Source of the DNA: Amphiscolops sp. MND2022 | Lineage: Eukaryota | DNA length: 64,000 nucleotides | Assembly (NCBI GenBank): GCA_964187785.1 | Contig: OZ076409.1 | Span: 32,986,001 to 33,050,000, forward strand | Reading direction: 5' to 3' | Part shown: piece after piece, positions 36,691 through 49,500 of the stretch | Numbering within the stretch: position 1 is the stretch's first letter | Layout: each line of letters starts with the position of its first letter | The notes under the pieces: model-generated | Told to the model about the DNA's origin: nothing | Databases searched by the model: none | The model's input: the letters and a program-made list of their open reading frames with translations, nothing else | Position numbers and translations under genes: made by a program

Positions 36691-37461
36691 TCACATTATG
36701 GATAAAAAATGGAGTTCAAAAGAGAGGCCAATGGCCTCGCAAGGAGCTTGAATTGGTTGTATCTGGTACCTACCATGTGTCCTTGTTGCTGATGCTATTG
36801 ATACGTAGACGCGGTCGTGAAGCACTATTTCGATTTTTGATTCTTTGAAATGACCTCTAAGCATTGCGTACCAAGTTGGAAGTATGTTGAGTTGGGGATC
36901 GTAAATGAGAAAGTGGACTTGTGTAATGCACTTTTGATTGAGTTGGCGTATCAGATCGATTAAACATAGATGTAAAACCTCATGTAACAAGGGATTTTTG
37001 ATATAAGTTCTCGTGAAAAATAGGAAAACCTCGTTATTCCAAGGTGCAGATGATGATTTCGATAGTTGGACGGCTTTTCCTATGAATGGGCAGAGCTGAC
37101 AAATCTCCTCTTGTTCAAATTCTCGGAATACATAGCGCGTGATTGCCGAGTAACATACAAGGACCGCAGGACAACACATTACTAGCGTGGCAAGTGCCTG
37201 TATTATGTCTGTGTCGGCATAAGATATCCAAGGCAAGTAGTTTGGTCTAGTCTTGGGTTGTGTGATCAAACATTTACCTGTGGTGTAGCTGGAGTTGTCG
37301 GCTGATGGTGGTGCTAAGTGCTCAAACATTGCTGTGCGGTCCTGCCACACAGTACGTTGCAAGGGTCGATCGATCCTGTTGGTGTAGGACCAATCATGAA
37401 CTATGGAGAGTGCTTCAAGCACCGTTATTGGCTTCTCTAGTGTGTAGGTGTGGTGATCCAA
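36691..37461 (-). CDS. Element B accessory ORF with a TARG1/OARD1(Poa1p)-like macrodomain
   Basis: ISYADTDII..LVMCC...AITRYVFREF...IGKAV...VFLFFTR...LHLCL..L...ITQVHF...WYAML..HFKESKIEIVLH parallels the TARG1-class macrodomain motif and secondary-structure order. Confidence 0.55.
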   Translation of the reverse strand: MDHHTYTLEKPITVLEALSIVHDWSYTNRIDRPLQRTVWQDRTAMFEHLAPPSADNSSYTTGKCLITQPKTRPNYLPWISYADTDIIQALATLVMCCPAVLVCYSAITRYVFREFEQEEICQLCPFIGKAVQLSKSSSAPWNNEVFLFFTRTYIKNPLLHEVLHLCLIDLIRQLNQKCITQVHFLIYDPQLNILPTWYAMLRGHFKESKIEIVLHDRVYVSIASATRTHGRYQIQPIQAPCEAIGLSFELHFLSIM

Positions 37462-37854
37462 GATGCGTACTCTCGCTTGTCGGCAGAAAATACTCGCTAT
37501 TAATTGAAGCCAATGTTGGTGAAATCAAGAGTGGTGTTGAATTCTACCAAAGTGCGCAAGTTTTCCAGACCAATCAACAGCGTGGTCGGTAAGATAGGTG
37601 ATACTTCATCCAAGGACGAGACTAGTAGCCACCAACCGTTTGTAGGCTGGAATACGTCTCCTGGGATAAGTTTTTTTTCTTATAAAAAGATATTATTTCC
37701 ACAGTTGGTGTGCAGTGATGCAAGGAACCATTTCTATCTCCCCGTACTCTAGATCGATTTTTCCAAACACCATTTAGGTAGTGGAGGTAGGACAGCGGGT
37801 AATGTGAACTCGAGACCTTCCCGGTCTTTTCGCGTCCATTTTTTAAAACGGTAG

Positions 37855-40800
37855 CTAGGACAATTGACGGGTGAAGTGTTGTGCATCGTTTTCAGTGTGG
37901 TTTCTAGTAGAGGTACCACTCCTGGTTCTATGCTTGCGTACGTTTTCTTTACGGTTATCATCACAACATGATGTACTGATGGGGGAACAATTTTGTCGTC
38001 TCGGCCGAACTGCTAGGATTGCATGTTGCGGGAGGTAGTGTCCAGATGCTCGCGTAGTTACGAGTTCGCAGGCAAGAACTTTCACTCTCCGGGCCAATCG
38101 GTAGTCCAACGTTTCTCTCATGACTAGATTGACACATCTGCAGTCACGGGAACCGCAGGTTCCGCACCTATATCGTGGAGCTCTGTTTTTCCTCAGCTGA
38201 TAACGTTGTATTTGCGATAGGGTAGCCTGTTCAGCATCTAGCTGGGTTGATGATTGGTTCTCTGGAATGTTGCGTGAGGTCATGGCTCGTTCCAGAGTTC
38301 TTGACGGAGCTCTGGTGCTGCTTGAGTTCTCGGCCTCTGCTTGACCTGGCGACTGGTCCTCTCGAGGTTGCGGTGGTCTTACTTGAGGAAGTGCTACTTC
38401 CACTTTTGGGATCTGGTGGCCGGCGTCTTGGTTGACCTCTCCTGTGTGTTGCTCTGTCTGATGTCGGAGCTTGTATCGGGTTGGTATCTGGGACTTTTCT
38501 TCTTCGTTAAATTCTTCCTGGGGTTCGTTCTCTCTAGTGGGCTCTGGATATGGATCCAGCTTGGGAACTCAAGCGTGGGAACTAAGAGAGTCGGTTAGTG
38601 ATGGGTTTGACAGCAGTGGAGCGGATATTCATGTGGGTGATGGCATTAGGTTTCGGATGGGTTCTTTTGGCAGATTTTCTTGCTGATCTGAGAATAGTAG
38701 TTCGAGGTCGTCCAATTCAGGGAAGAATTTTTTGTTGGCCTGAATCTGGGTTTGGTTGTTCGGCTGACTACGAGTCGGAGGGGTCTCCGTAATGATTGAA
38801 TCTCGGTTGAGGTATCCCTTGTTCGAGAGCTGCCTGCATGCGTGTTTGGAAGATGCGCGGGAGAAACGGTCTGGTTGGTTCTAGTTCGAGCGATGTTTCC
38901 TGCAGCTGTTGCGGTAGGAGGGATTCTCGTGAAATGTCAGACGCTATTCCTTCATGACTCATTTTTACATATGGATAAGCTAAAAGGGATATTTTCTGAT
39001 CCGGCTCAAAGGGCCGATGAGCTGCCCAGTCCCAGGGCGCGGGGACATGCTCTTGTAATTACTCAAAATGGACCTTTTGGCCTGTGTCCAACACATAAAG
39101 GCGTCCGTCTTGTAGAACTTCGATGACTTGGTGGGTTCCGCGCCAAGCGCGAATTAGTTGCCGGGTGCCACATTTTGATATCATGTGGCAAAATACACAA
39201 TTTGCATCGCCTACGGCAAGCGCTTTCGCTTTTAGATGTTTATCAATTTCTTGCTTTTGCCTCAACTGTGCCCGATGTGTGTTTCTAGAACAACTCGTGA
39301 ATTTCTTGCTGTCTGACTAATAGATGCGCTACGAACTCAGGGTATATGAACGATAACGGAATCGACTTTTAAGCCCAATGTTGGAGCATATAGGGCAAAA
39401 ACCCTGTAGTTGCATTTCGGGATGTAGGCGCCCAAAACTCCATCTATATGCTCGTCCCAATCTTGAATCATGCGCTATGTATAGACTCGAAGCAAGGCGA
39501 GGAGTGTTCAATTTTGGGTCAGTAGGGGTGGATGTGATCTTGGTGAATTGCGTTGCCTTCATTAGTTCTTGTGCTATTTCTGCTGTAAAGTTGGTCGCGT
39601 TGTCAGATTGCATTCTAGCCGGAGTGCCATGCTTGACAAACAATTTGTTCAGGATGATCTTCGACGTTGTCTGTGCGTCATGTTCATTGTGGACACACAG
39701 AATTGCTCCAGCAAACTTCGTGAAGTGATCAATGATGACTAGTCGTCCTGTGTTTCCTGAGTCGGTCTTGCAAAGCATCAGGTGTTCGAACTATACTAAA
39801 TCGTTGCAGTTACTGCTGTTGATGTTTTGTAGAGGATAGCAGGGACTCCCGACTGGGTGCTTGGTTAGTTGGCACCTTAAACAATGCCTAATATGATTTA
39901 CCACATCACGTTTGATGCCTGGCCAGGTGTGTTTCTCCTGTATTCTCGCTAGCACTTTCCCTACGCCTTGATGTCCAGACTCGTCGTGCGCTCTATATAA
40001 GAATTCACGTTGGTATAGTTACGGCATGACGATCATGCATGGTCGCACGTGCAGCGCACGCTGTTACAGACGTAATTAAGGCATAGTATGTTATCTGGAT
40101 TCAAGAAAATAAATTCTTTCTTTTGATGATAATACCGTTTCGCGAATTCTTGTACATCCTCTGGAAAAACTGTGTCTTCTAAGGTTTTGCTGTTCATTGA
40201 CTTTTTAGTGCCAGAAGGTGAACATCTCGGCTCTGAGCTAGGTTTATGTCTTTCAGACCTCGCTTGGTCAGCTGGTGTTCGTGTACCTCAGTTCCTACCA
40301 TTCTGAGGACATCTGCTTAATCTTGGCATGCTTGGGGAAATCGGCGCAACATTGGAATGCGTTCCGCCGTGTCCAGGCATTGGAAGTATTAATGAGATTG
40401 CGATCGTTTAGTCTGTCGTCTTCGTTAAGCGTCGGAGTCATGTCCCCCATGTACGTTTGGATTCCATGGAATGGTATCGTTAGATTGATTGTCGGTTGGT
40501 GTTTGGTTTGATTTTTTCCGCAAAATGTACAGTACTGGAAATTGGACTCGAGCTGCTATTGCGAGGTCTGGATGATTTGGTTTTATTCGTCCAGGTTTAT
40601 TGAAGTCAAGTACCGTGGGAAGCTCTTCATTATCTTTTTGTGTCATGAAGCTGAAACCCTTGCTCACTTCTGGTAACGTCTCAATGTTTTTTCCCGGTGC
40701 ACAATGTTCTTTTCCTGTCGTTAAACCTTCTACTAAAGCCGTCTGCGTTTCTATACTGTGTTTGAGTCGATGGACTGTCTTGAAGTGGTAATGGTCGAAA

Positions 40801-42060
40801 ACGCGCAATCCAGTGTCCATACATGGCTTGGTTCGTAAAGTAGGTTTTTAACCACGAAAGGGCCTGATTATCCACGGAGAGCGTGAATTCCGGACATGCT
40901 AGGTATGAATGGAAACTCTCAGTGAAAAAAAATACCGCGTTTCGGTATGAAAAATTCCAGTTTCGGAGCACCATAATTTAATTACGTGCGTGTGAGTGAC
41001 TTTCTGCCATAAACGATGGGCCGCAGGTCGGTTTTTCTGTTATGCTCTTGCTCTCGGTGTAAGATTCCGCTATAGCTACTGCACTGGCATCTGTATCCAA
41101 AACGAAACTTCCTTCTTCGTTCGGCGCAGCCAAAGTAGTGGCCTCAGCTAGTGCTTGCGTCACTGAATCAAACACTTCTTGATGCTTCTGATTCCAGTAG
41201 ACATGCTGATTCTTTTTGAGTAGTTCCTGCATAAGTTGTACCATGGCAACGTGGAAGGAAATGAAGTGCTGGCAGAAATTGGCAAACCCCAAAATGCTCT
41301 GTAGCTCCTCCTTTTTTCTTGGGAGGCAGCCACTGTTGGATCTTGCCCACTGCTTCTGGATCTGGCTTGATACCTTCAGCTGAAACTTTTTGTCCCAGGT
41401 ATTTGATCTCAGTGCGTGAAGTCGCATTTTTCGGCCCGCATCTTGAAACCTGCCGCCCTGAGTCATTGGAACACTTCTGTTATCCTTACTATACGAACTT
41501 CAATTGTTTCGGTAGCGATGACGATGTCGTCAATGTAGGCCATGACGACGCTCCCGTGTCGCTCTTTGACCTTTTGTAAAGCTCTTGTGATGGATCGCTG
41601 GAATGTTGCAGATGCATTGCATCGCCCAGAGGGCATTCGTCGCCATTCAAATAAACCTAACTCGCAGGCAAATAAAGTTCTCCTTCGATCGCACTCTCTC
41701 GAATGGGTTTCGCCAAAATGTCCATGCTAAGTCATTGCTCGAGAAGATTCTCACATTGCCAATCCTCGAAAAGCTTCCATCTATCCTGGCATTGTAAACG
41801 TATTCTTCACGGTCACATCGTTTAACGACCGGAAGGCACAGCAAAAGCGATGTTCGCCGGATTTTTTTCTCCATGACCATTCCACCGGCCCATGGCCACT
41901 AAGAGGGTTGGGTCAGATCTAGGATTAGTAAGTCATGTACTTTTTGGTTTGCTTTACCTACCTTTTCGGGAGACATGCGTCTTGCCCCTACTTTGAGAGG
42001 TAGTCTCTGGGTCTAGTTCGATGCGGCGCTTTGCATTTTTGCATCCCCCTATGTCATCCC
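37855..42060 (-). pseudogene. pol: Element B pol (RT, RNase H, integrase, long C-terminal tail), many lesions
   Basis: DLAWTFW, AYIDDIV (41521-41540), VLDTDASAVAI, DNQALSWL, HDESGHQG...CLRC, IIDHFTKF, MQSDNATNF, WRGTHQVIE and RYQLRK. Confidence 0.9.
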
Positions 42061-42091
42061 TATGTTTCTTATATAAGTCCTCGTACTCACT

Positions 42092-43385
42092 TTAAACGCT
42101 TGCTAGTTGGTCCCTTGCCTCTTTCCCCCAGATAGAAAAACGGAAGAGAGGTTTGGCACAAGAATTGCTCTTAGCAACTGAGGATCTGTTCTCGCGCGTG
42201 TTTCCGCTCCGTTCTGTTCTCGCTCCGTTCTCTAGAAACTCAATTGTTGTCCTAGCTTTATCGAGAAGGGTTGCTTTGACATGTGACATTTCTAGGTGCC
42301 ACTTCATCAACATCATCCAGCCATCGGCATTTCCGTCTCGGGTTCCTCTATACTTCGTTGGCTTGTTCTTTGTCTCTTTGGCCGCTAGTAGCGGTTCTAG
42401 ACCATTAGACATGGACTTTAAAATTGCTTCTGCTATTGCTTGTCGTTGCATGGTTCTAGGTGTACCTGGAATGTTGTCTTTGGTTTCTACCCTGTCTACT
42501 GTATCGTCCTGGCTCAGGGCAAAGTTCCTTTCGCATTGACTTTCCGCTGTGTGCTAGAGGCCACTGGCCGCAAAGGGTTTTCCTCGAATGACAATTTTGG
42601 AGGGTTGGTGTTTGCACTAGCTGATAATGCTGTGTGGTAGTCTAATTTTTGTGTGATCGGATCGCTCGACGCTGAGTAATAGTCTCCTGTCGTTGATGCA
42701 CTGCGTGCAACTGGGTCAAAAAAGGAGAAGTCATTGGGTCGGTTCTCGTTTTGCACGATTTAACATGCATTACTCTTGCCATCTTGTTCGCCTTGGTAGG
42801 CTCCCTTTTGTAAGTTGCAGGCGGTATCAGCTTGGGTCGCTTGGCCTGTTCTCCACTGGGCTGACCTATTTTCCTGTATGTGGTTTGCACTGGGGGAGGT
42901 ACTGCGCTGGTAAAGGGTATGTTCATCGAATTCTGTGCTACCGGTATTGGTGAAGCCGGACTTGTTCTCTTAAGCGAGCCGCGATTGCACCTGTGTAAGC
43001 TTGTCCAGGCTTCGTCTGAAACCCTCTCTTATTGTATTAATTATTTACTATTAAATGTGATGGTCAAGTCCGTGGCCGTCGCGCTACCAATTCTAGAACC
43101 CAGGGTGTGGTCCAACCGTTCGGTATTTGCTAGGCGGATACTAAGGACTGCCACCGTCGTCGGTGATCGAAACGTGAACCGTAGTAGAAAGTCTTCCACT
43201 GGGGTTTTCAGCTTTTTTGCCGGCCCACCTGAAGGAATCCGCGCAAAAACGAGTTTTGTCTTCACTGCTAGTTGACGCGTGGGAAATTGATGGGTCCCTT
43301 TGCGTTGTCGCTTTTGGGAGCGCCTCCTCAGGGATTGCGCTCGCACTAGTTTGCAGTATCCACTCATTTGTTGTAATTTGTTCAT
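42092..43385 (-). pseudogene. gag: Element B gag remnant (gag C-terminus and protease deleted at ~42220)
   Basis: KPTKYRGTRDGNADGWMMLMK is homologous to ORFs 58491-59009 and 46591-47202. Confidence 0.75.
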
Positions 43386-45282
43386 TCGCCAGCCTTTTAG
43401 ACGAAGGCAGAGATGAGTGTGGAGGGAAAGACTGAGTTTTGTATGGTTTTTCCTGGTAAGGTACCGAGTTGTTTGGAACGACTGGTTGTTCTAGAGGTAA
43501 GAGTTGCTACTGAACTTGTCCTAGTATCTCGAAAAGTACTGCGTGCTAAGTCTTCGTTGCTTTGGTGGCTAGAAAGTACACACTTATGATCGTGAGGGAG
43601 GCTAGGCACTGTGTGTGCAGATATGGGGAACAAGTGGTTCTCAAGTTTCTCACTAGTACGTCTCGTTGACTGTTTTCTCAGGGACCCAAGATCTTAGGGT
43701 CGGTTCAGTTCTTCTAAAAGTATCTCACTAGGACAGGCCACTAGGACGGAACAATTTTTTTGCCAAGATGCACGTCTGGGAAAAGTAAAAATTACTTCTA
43801 GCGCTGCTAGCGACTTGAAAATTTCACACCGTATACTACACCGGACAAATCGTGGGGGATTACCCTCCAATTGCGCTAAAATTGATTATATGTGAAATTC
43901 GGTCGCTTGACAATATTGGTAGAAATTTCGACTAAGATGTCAAATTCGAAAAAAAATTGTCGAACTCGCCTCCCAGGAGTCCTCGCTACCTGAAATTTTG
44001 TATGCAAGCGTAAAAGACCCACACATAACAGGAACACAGAATAGCGAGGTGCCCCCCGGGCAATATTCAGGAATCAGAGTTGAGAAAACTATGATGTATC
44101 TTTGGTACAACATTTTCGGGTCTAGTTTCACAAAAAATTCAATTTCCCCAAGTTGGACTGTAGCAAGCCGCTCAAATTGCACAAATAGTGGGAATTTAGT
44201 GCCTGGTGAGTTCCAAATAAACTCAGTCCAAAAATATACAGGTCACAATTTTTGCACTCTCGGTACAGTACTGAAATAACATAATTTCACCACGAATTTT
44301 TTTCTCAGTACACAGACGCTCCGAATTGTTTTAACAGTATCGTAAGAAGTTGTTACAATATTATTTAGGGGACTGTAGTTATTTCAGACATGTTTTTTGA
44401 TGTTATACTTCTCAGGTCTATGGCGTCCACTACTCAGGTCTATTTATAGCAAAAGAAAGACACTGAAAATGCTTCAATTTCCATTGAAGAAAATTGAAAA
44501 ACGTCTTGGCAGTAGTATTTTGTACTACCAAGCACAAAATAAGGGTTTTGGGCTTTTGTGAAGTCTCAAGTGAAAGTGCCTGAAGCTTTGCTCTCGTCAT
44601 ATTTGGTCCAAAAGGCCAAATTTGCTTCTTTTTGACCAAATTTTGCTAAATTTTTTGGTGTTTTCCCAATTTAACCAAAAAACATTTTTTGTTCCTGAGC
44701 TGGTAGGTCTGATGAAACGTTTTCATTGTATTCCCATTGATCGTACCTTCTTCTGAAACAGTTTGGCTTTTAAAAGTGACAAATTGAGCTATGTTAGGTA
44801 TTATGTCTAGCTCGCTAAAATCGAAAACAATCGGAATACCCTCTGGGTATTTTTTCTGAGTTTTTACTCAAAGTAACTAAGAGGATTTTGGCTGCGTGAG
44901 ATAAGGGGGTGGAGGGAGGTGTTGTTTCGAAGGACGTCACCACCCCATCAGGACCTTCACTATGAGTCCTCACAGTTCTCATACCTTGCCAAAAAACTGA
45001 CATGAAACTTGAAAACCCTTTAAAACAAAATCCGGTGAAGCCGGATGAATATTTCCGAAGGGTACAAAAAGCAAAACAGAGGTAATCTCCTATAAATTTT
45101 TAATTTTTCGTTTCAGACCTCGGAAATACGGAGGAAACGCAGGAATTCCGTCAGAAGAAAGCCTACAAGGCTTGAATACCTCAATAAAAACAAACTAGGA
45201 GTATTCAATAATTTTTTCTATATCCGGATCTAACAGGATCTGAAAGCAGGAAAAACTCCTAGTATTACACAAAAATGAAAAT

Positions 45283-45300
45283 ATCCCTCTGTGGTTGCCA
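45283..45300 (-). promoter_or_regulatory. Primer-binding site, tRNA-Arg-like (element B)
   Basis: TGGCAACCACAGAGGGAT resembles the complement of the metazoan tRNA-Arg 3' end (...TCCCTTCGTGGTCG-CCA). Confidence 0.65.
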
Positions 45301-45316
45301 TAAAAACTGCTCTTGA

Positions 45317-46030
45317 TGTAACGTCCAGCTAGCAGCGTATGTCTTCTAAGAAGTGGTAAAAAGCCTAGATGACTTGAACAGGAGACCAGTGTCTTACTAC
45401 AACCTAGACATTAGTTTTCAATCCCAAAATGGTCTCCTAAGGGGACTTTTCATACGTCTATGGAGGCTCCTCAGTTACAGCTCCTAGGCAACGTGCCGGC
45501 ACTCTCAAAGTCCGGACACGCCCCACAAGCCTGTAAAAACGAATCTTAAAGTTGCTAACGTTCCTGCGACCTCCTACACACCCGAGGTCTGGAAACAGAT
45601 GTATAGCAAAGGCATATTTAATTAGTTGAATAGTATCTAAAATAATGAAAATGAGGATCTAGTAGATCAGGTACCATCATCAATCTGTCAAACAACATTC
45701 AAAAAAACAAAATATTTTGAAATCCTTACTTTCAACAAACTCATGAAGTTTTCAGGAATTTTAGAGCAAACCTTCGAAGGGTTACTCCGTTCTTCTGGAT
45801 CTTTTTGGACATCTTCCTGGGTTAGACGGCACAACACCGTGTTTTTCCGTCAGTTTTCAGCCTTTTCTGGGTTCTGTCTCCATTCTTCTGTGCTTTCTAG
45901 GGTTCGGGACGGTTCTTTGCGTTCTTCTTGCGTCTCTTTTTGATTTCAGGGACCTGGCAGTTCCGCCATTTTGAATTGCACACTTTTTGAACTTTCATCG
46001 AATTTTTGTTATCAACTGGTTGATGTTACA
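45317..46030 (-). repeat. Element B 5' LTR
   Basis: TGTAAC...GTTACA inverted termini; homologous to the other LTR copies. Confidence 0.9.
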
Positions 46031-46590
46031 AATGGTTCTCATATCGAGTCAGGGTTTTGCTTTGTAAAGCTTTTTGTTTCTGCTTTTTGTTACTTGTACG
46101 ACTTTACTACATTCTTTCTGTATTAAAATCCATTTTCGATGGATGGAAATCAAAAATCTCAAATTCTTTCCTTTTTGTTTTGTTTTGTTTCAGTTGTCTA
46201 GATCAGATGGCCACTGGGGAAAGGGCAGTCAGAAGTCGTGGATTGGGATAAAGATTAGTCCTAAAATTCTGATCTTTCGTCTTTGTTGTGAGAATTGGGT
46301 ACTTGCGGCTTTAGAATGACGCCGACTTTCCATCGGCGTTGTTGTTTGTTTCAGACGTTTTCAAATTTTGGTTTCCATCACTTATCAGGTCTGGTCCAGG
46401 TCTGGCCAGGTGTAAAAGTGTTCATTGTCATCGGTGGAGTAGGAGTGTGACTGTCATGGAATCGTAGTACGGGTTTTGTATTACAACGATTCGAAAGCAG
46501 GGTGTTTTCATTGACTCTGTTTTTAGATTTTTGCGAAAATGATAAGTTTATACGTCTGTAAAACTTTCCATTAGTTTCGTGGTTTATTCT

Positions 46591-49500
46591 TCAGCAACGC
46601 TCGGTATAATGGTCTGATTCATGCTGAACTCTGAAACGAAGCGCTTCCGCTGCTGGCGGTGCCTCTACGTATTTTTCCTGTGCAAACATTGGTGCTAGGG
46701 TTCGTTTCAGTTCGTTGTTCCGCACTCCTTCAACGAACTTTTGCATTATCTCGTAAGGTCTCACCGCTACCTCTTCTTTCGGGAAACCTTGACTACGTAA
46801 GGACTCGTGGGCATCGACGTATTGCATGTAATTCTTGTCACTATTCTGGTTTCGCGTACGGAATTGCTGTTGAATGCGGATCCAGGTTGATTCAGTGCTG
46901 AACCTTCGTGCGTGTAATGCGAATACTTTCTCATCGGTGTCCGTTTCAGCCTCAGACTTGCTGATGATGTCATCTCTCGCTCCGTTCTCTAGAAACTCAA
47001 TTATTGTCCTAGTTTTATCGAGAAGGCTTGCTGTGGCATGTGACAATTCTATGTGCCACTTCATCAACACCATCCAGCCTTCGGCATTTTCGTCTCGGGT
47101 GCCTCTATACTCGTTTCGGGCGGTATCAGCGGATGGTATCAGCTTTGGTTGCTGGGCCAATTTTCCAATGGGCTGAGCTACTTTCCTGTAAATGGTTTGC
47201 ACTGGGGGGGGGAACAGCGCTGGTAGAATTCTCTGCCAGCGCTGTCTCTGCTACCGGTATTGGTGAAGGGTGTGTTTGCGCAGCAGCGGTTTGAGTCACC
47301 ACCTCTTTTACCCCTATGGTTATGTCTTCCATGGTCGCCATCAGCTCCATCATACGGTTGTTGATCTCAGAATCCCTGGGATTCCGTTGGGCCTTTTTGC
47401 GTTGTTGCTTTTGGGAGCGCTTCCTCAGGGACTGCGAATGCACTAGTTTGCTATATCCACTCATTGGTTGTAATTTGTTCATTCGCCAGCTATCATTGGA
47501 GTTTGGCTAATTATCGAGACTGTGGTTCGTGACCTCCAGGGCAGACCAGGCGTTGCTTTGGCTCGTTGCCTCAGCGCCATCCACTGGATTTGTGCTGTCG
47601 GGGAAGCTCGCGATGGTTCGGGGTGGCTCGCTGAAGCCATCTCCGCGAATTGATCGGCATTGGATACGTTGTCTGACATGATCTCCAAAAATATGTTCGC
47701 AATGATGGCATCCGCTGCATCTTCAGTACGAGCGTTCGAACTGGAAACTGTCTCTACATTCCCTTCGAATGGATTGGTGGCATGGAGGCCACTGGGTTCC
47801 CTATAAGACTCATTTATGGGTTGTAGGTATCCCCACTCACTCACGTCTATGTTCAATAGCAATTTTTGGTGGGTATTGTTTAGACTATTGCACCTGTGGA
47901 GCTTGGTTTTCGCTTTCTTTTGTCTTGCTTACTCCTTCTCACGTAAAATTTGAGCTGAAAACAAATGAAGGTTAGAACTAATATCTATGATCTTGTTAGA
48001 CCTGTAACTCAAGACAAATGGTAATGGGAATGTTGAGCTTGAAGCTCACAATGGCCTTCTAGTTTCTGGATGGAAAACAGTTGGCTTGTGGGCTACGGTT
48101 GGCAGTCTTACGACTAGCCAGATGGAGACCAAGTACTACGAAGAAGAACAAAATATTTCTTTCCCTACTGGTTAACAAAAAAGTTTTTTTGAAGTACTAG
48201 TTGAAAAGGTAACTAAGGTAATCTAAACACTAATCTACTGTTTACCCAGCCGCCGGCTGTGCAACAGGTAAGAACAAAAAGTTTTGGCGTTGAAACTGGG
48301 TTAGGGTGGTTACTAGAATAATGAAAATTCAATCGCGCCTCATGCATGTCTTTCTTCGCTGGTGTTGTTTTTTTTGAGCACGAGATGAGAAAAAACGGTC
48401 AAATTGGGACAAAGGCAGACCTTGGAGATGAGTGTGGAGGAGAAGACTAAGTTTTGTATGGTTTTTCTTGGTAAAGTACCAAGATGCTTGGAACGACTGG
48501 TTGTCCTAGGTGTAACAGTTACTATTGAATTTGTCCTAGTATCCCGAAACGTACTGCGCCCACGATTTGGCTAGTGTAGTATACGGTGTGAAAATTTCAG
48601 ATCGCTAGCAGCGTTAGAAGTAATTTTCACTTTTCCCAGACGTGCAACTTGACGAAAAAAAATGTTCCGTCCTAGTGGCTTGTCCTAGTGAGGTACTTTT
48701 TGAAGAACCTAACCGACCCTAAGATCTTGGGTCCCTGAGAAAACAGTCAACGAGACGTACTAGTGAGAAACTTGAGAACCACTTGTTCCCCATATCTGCA
48801 CACCCAGTGCCTAGCCTCCCTCACGATCATCAGTGTGTACTTTCTAGCTCCCAAAGCAACGAAGACGTAGCAGGTTAACCTCCGATTGCGCTAAAATTGA
48901 ATATATGTGAAATGCGGTCGGTTGACAATATTGGTAGAAACTTCGACTAAGTTGTGAATTTCGAAAAAAGTTGTCAAACTCGCCTCCTAGGTGTCCTAGC
49001 TACCTGAAGTTTTGTATGCAAGCGTGAAAGACCCACACATAACAGGAACACAAACTAGCGAGGTGCCCAGGGCAAAATTCGGTATTCAGAGTCGACAAAA
49101 CTATGATGTATCTTTGGTACAACATTTTCGGGTCTAGTTTCACAAAAAATTCAATTTCCCCAAGTTGGACTGTAGCAAGCCGCTCTTGCACAAATAGTGC
49201 CTGGAGGGTTCCAAATAAACTCAGTTCAAAAATTTACAGGTCACACTTTTTACATTCTCGGTACAGTACTGAAATAACGTAATTTCACCACGAAGTTTTT
49301 TTTCTCAGTACCCAGACGCTCCGAATTGTTTTAACAGTATCGTAAGAAGGTGTTACAATATTATTTAGGGGACTGGGGTTATTTCAGACATGTGTTTTGA
49401 TGTTATACTTCTCAGGTCTAAGGCGTCCACTACTCAGGTCTATTTATAGCAAAAGAAAGACACTGAAAATGCTTCAATTTCCATTGAAGAAAATTGAAAA

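Larger units (their letters stand above)
34375..46030 (-). mobile_element. Ty3/Gypsy 'element B', degenerate, 3' end lost in the gap, with accessory ORFs after pol
   Basis: 5' LTR 45317-46030 (TGTAACG...TGTTACA), PBS, long leader, then gag, RT, RH and IN, then extra ORFs. Confidence 0.85.
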
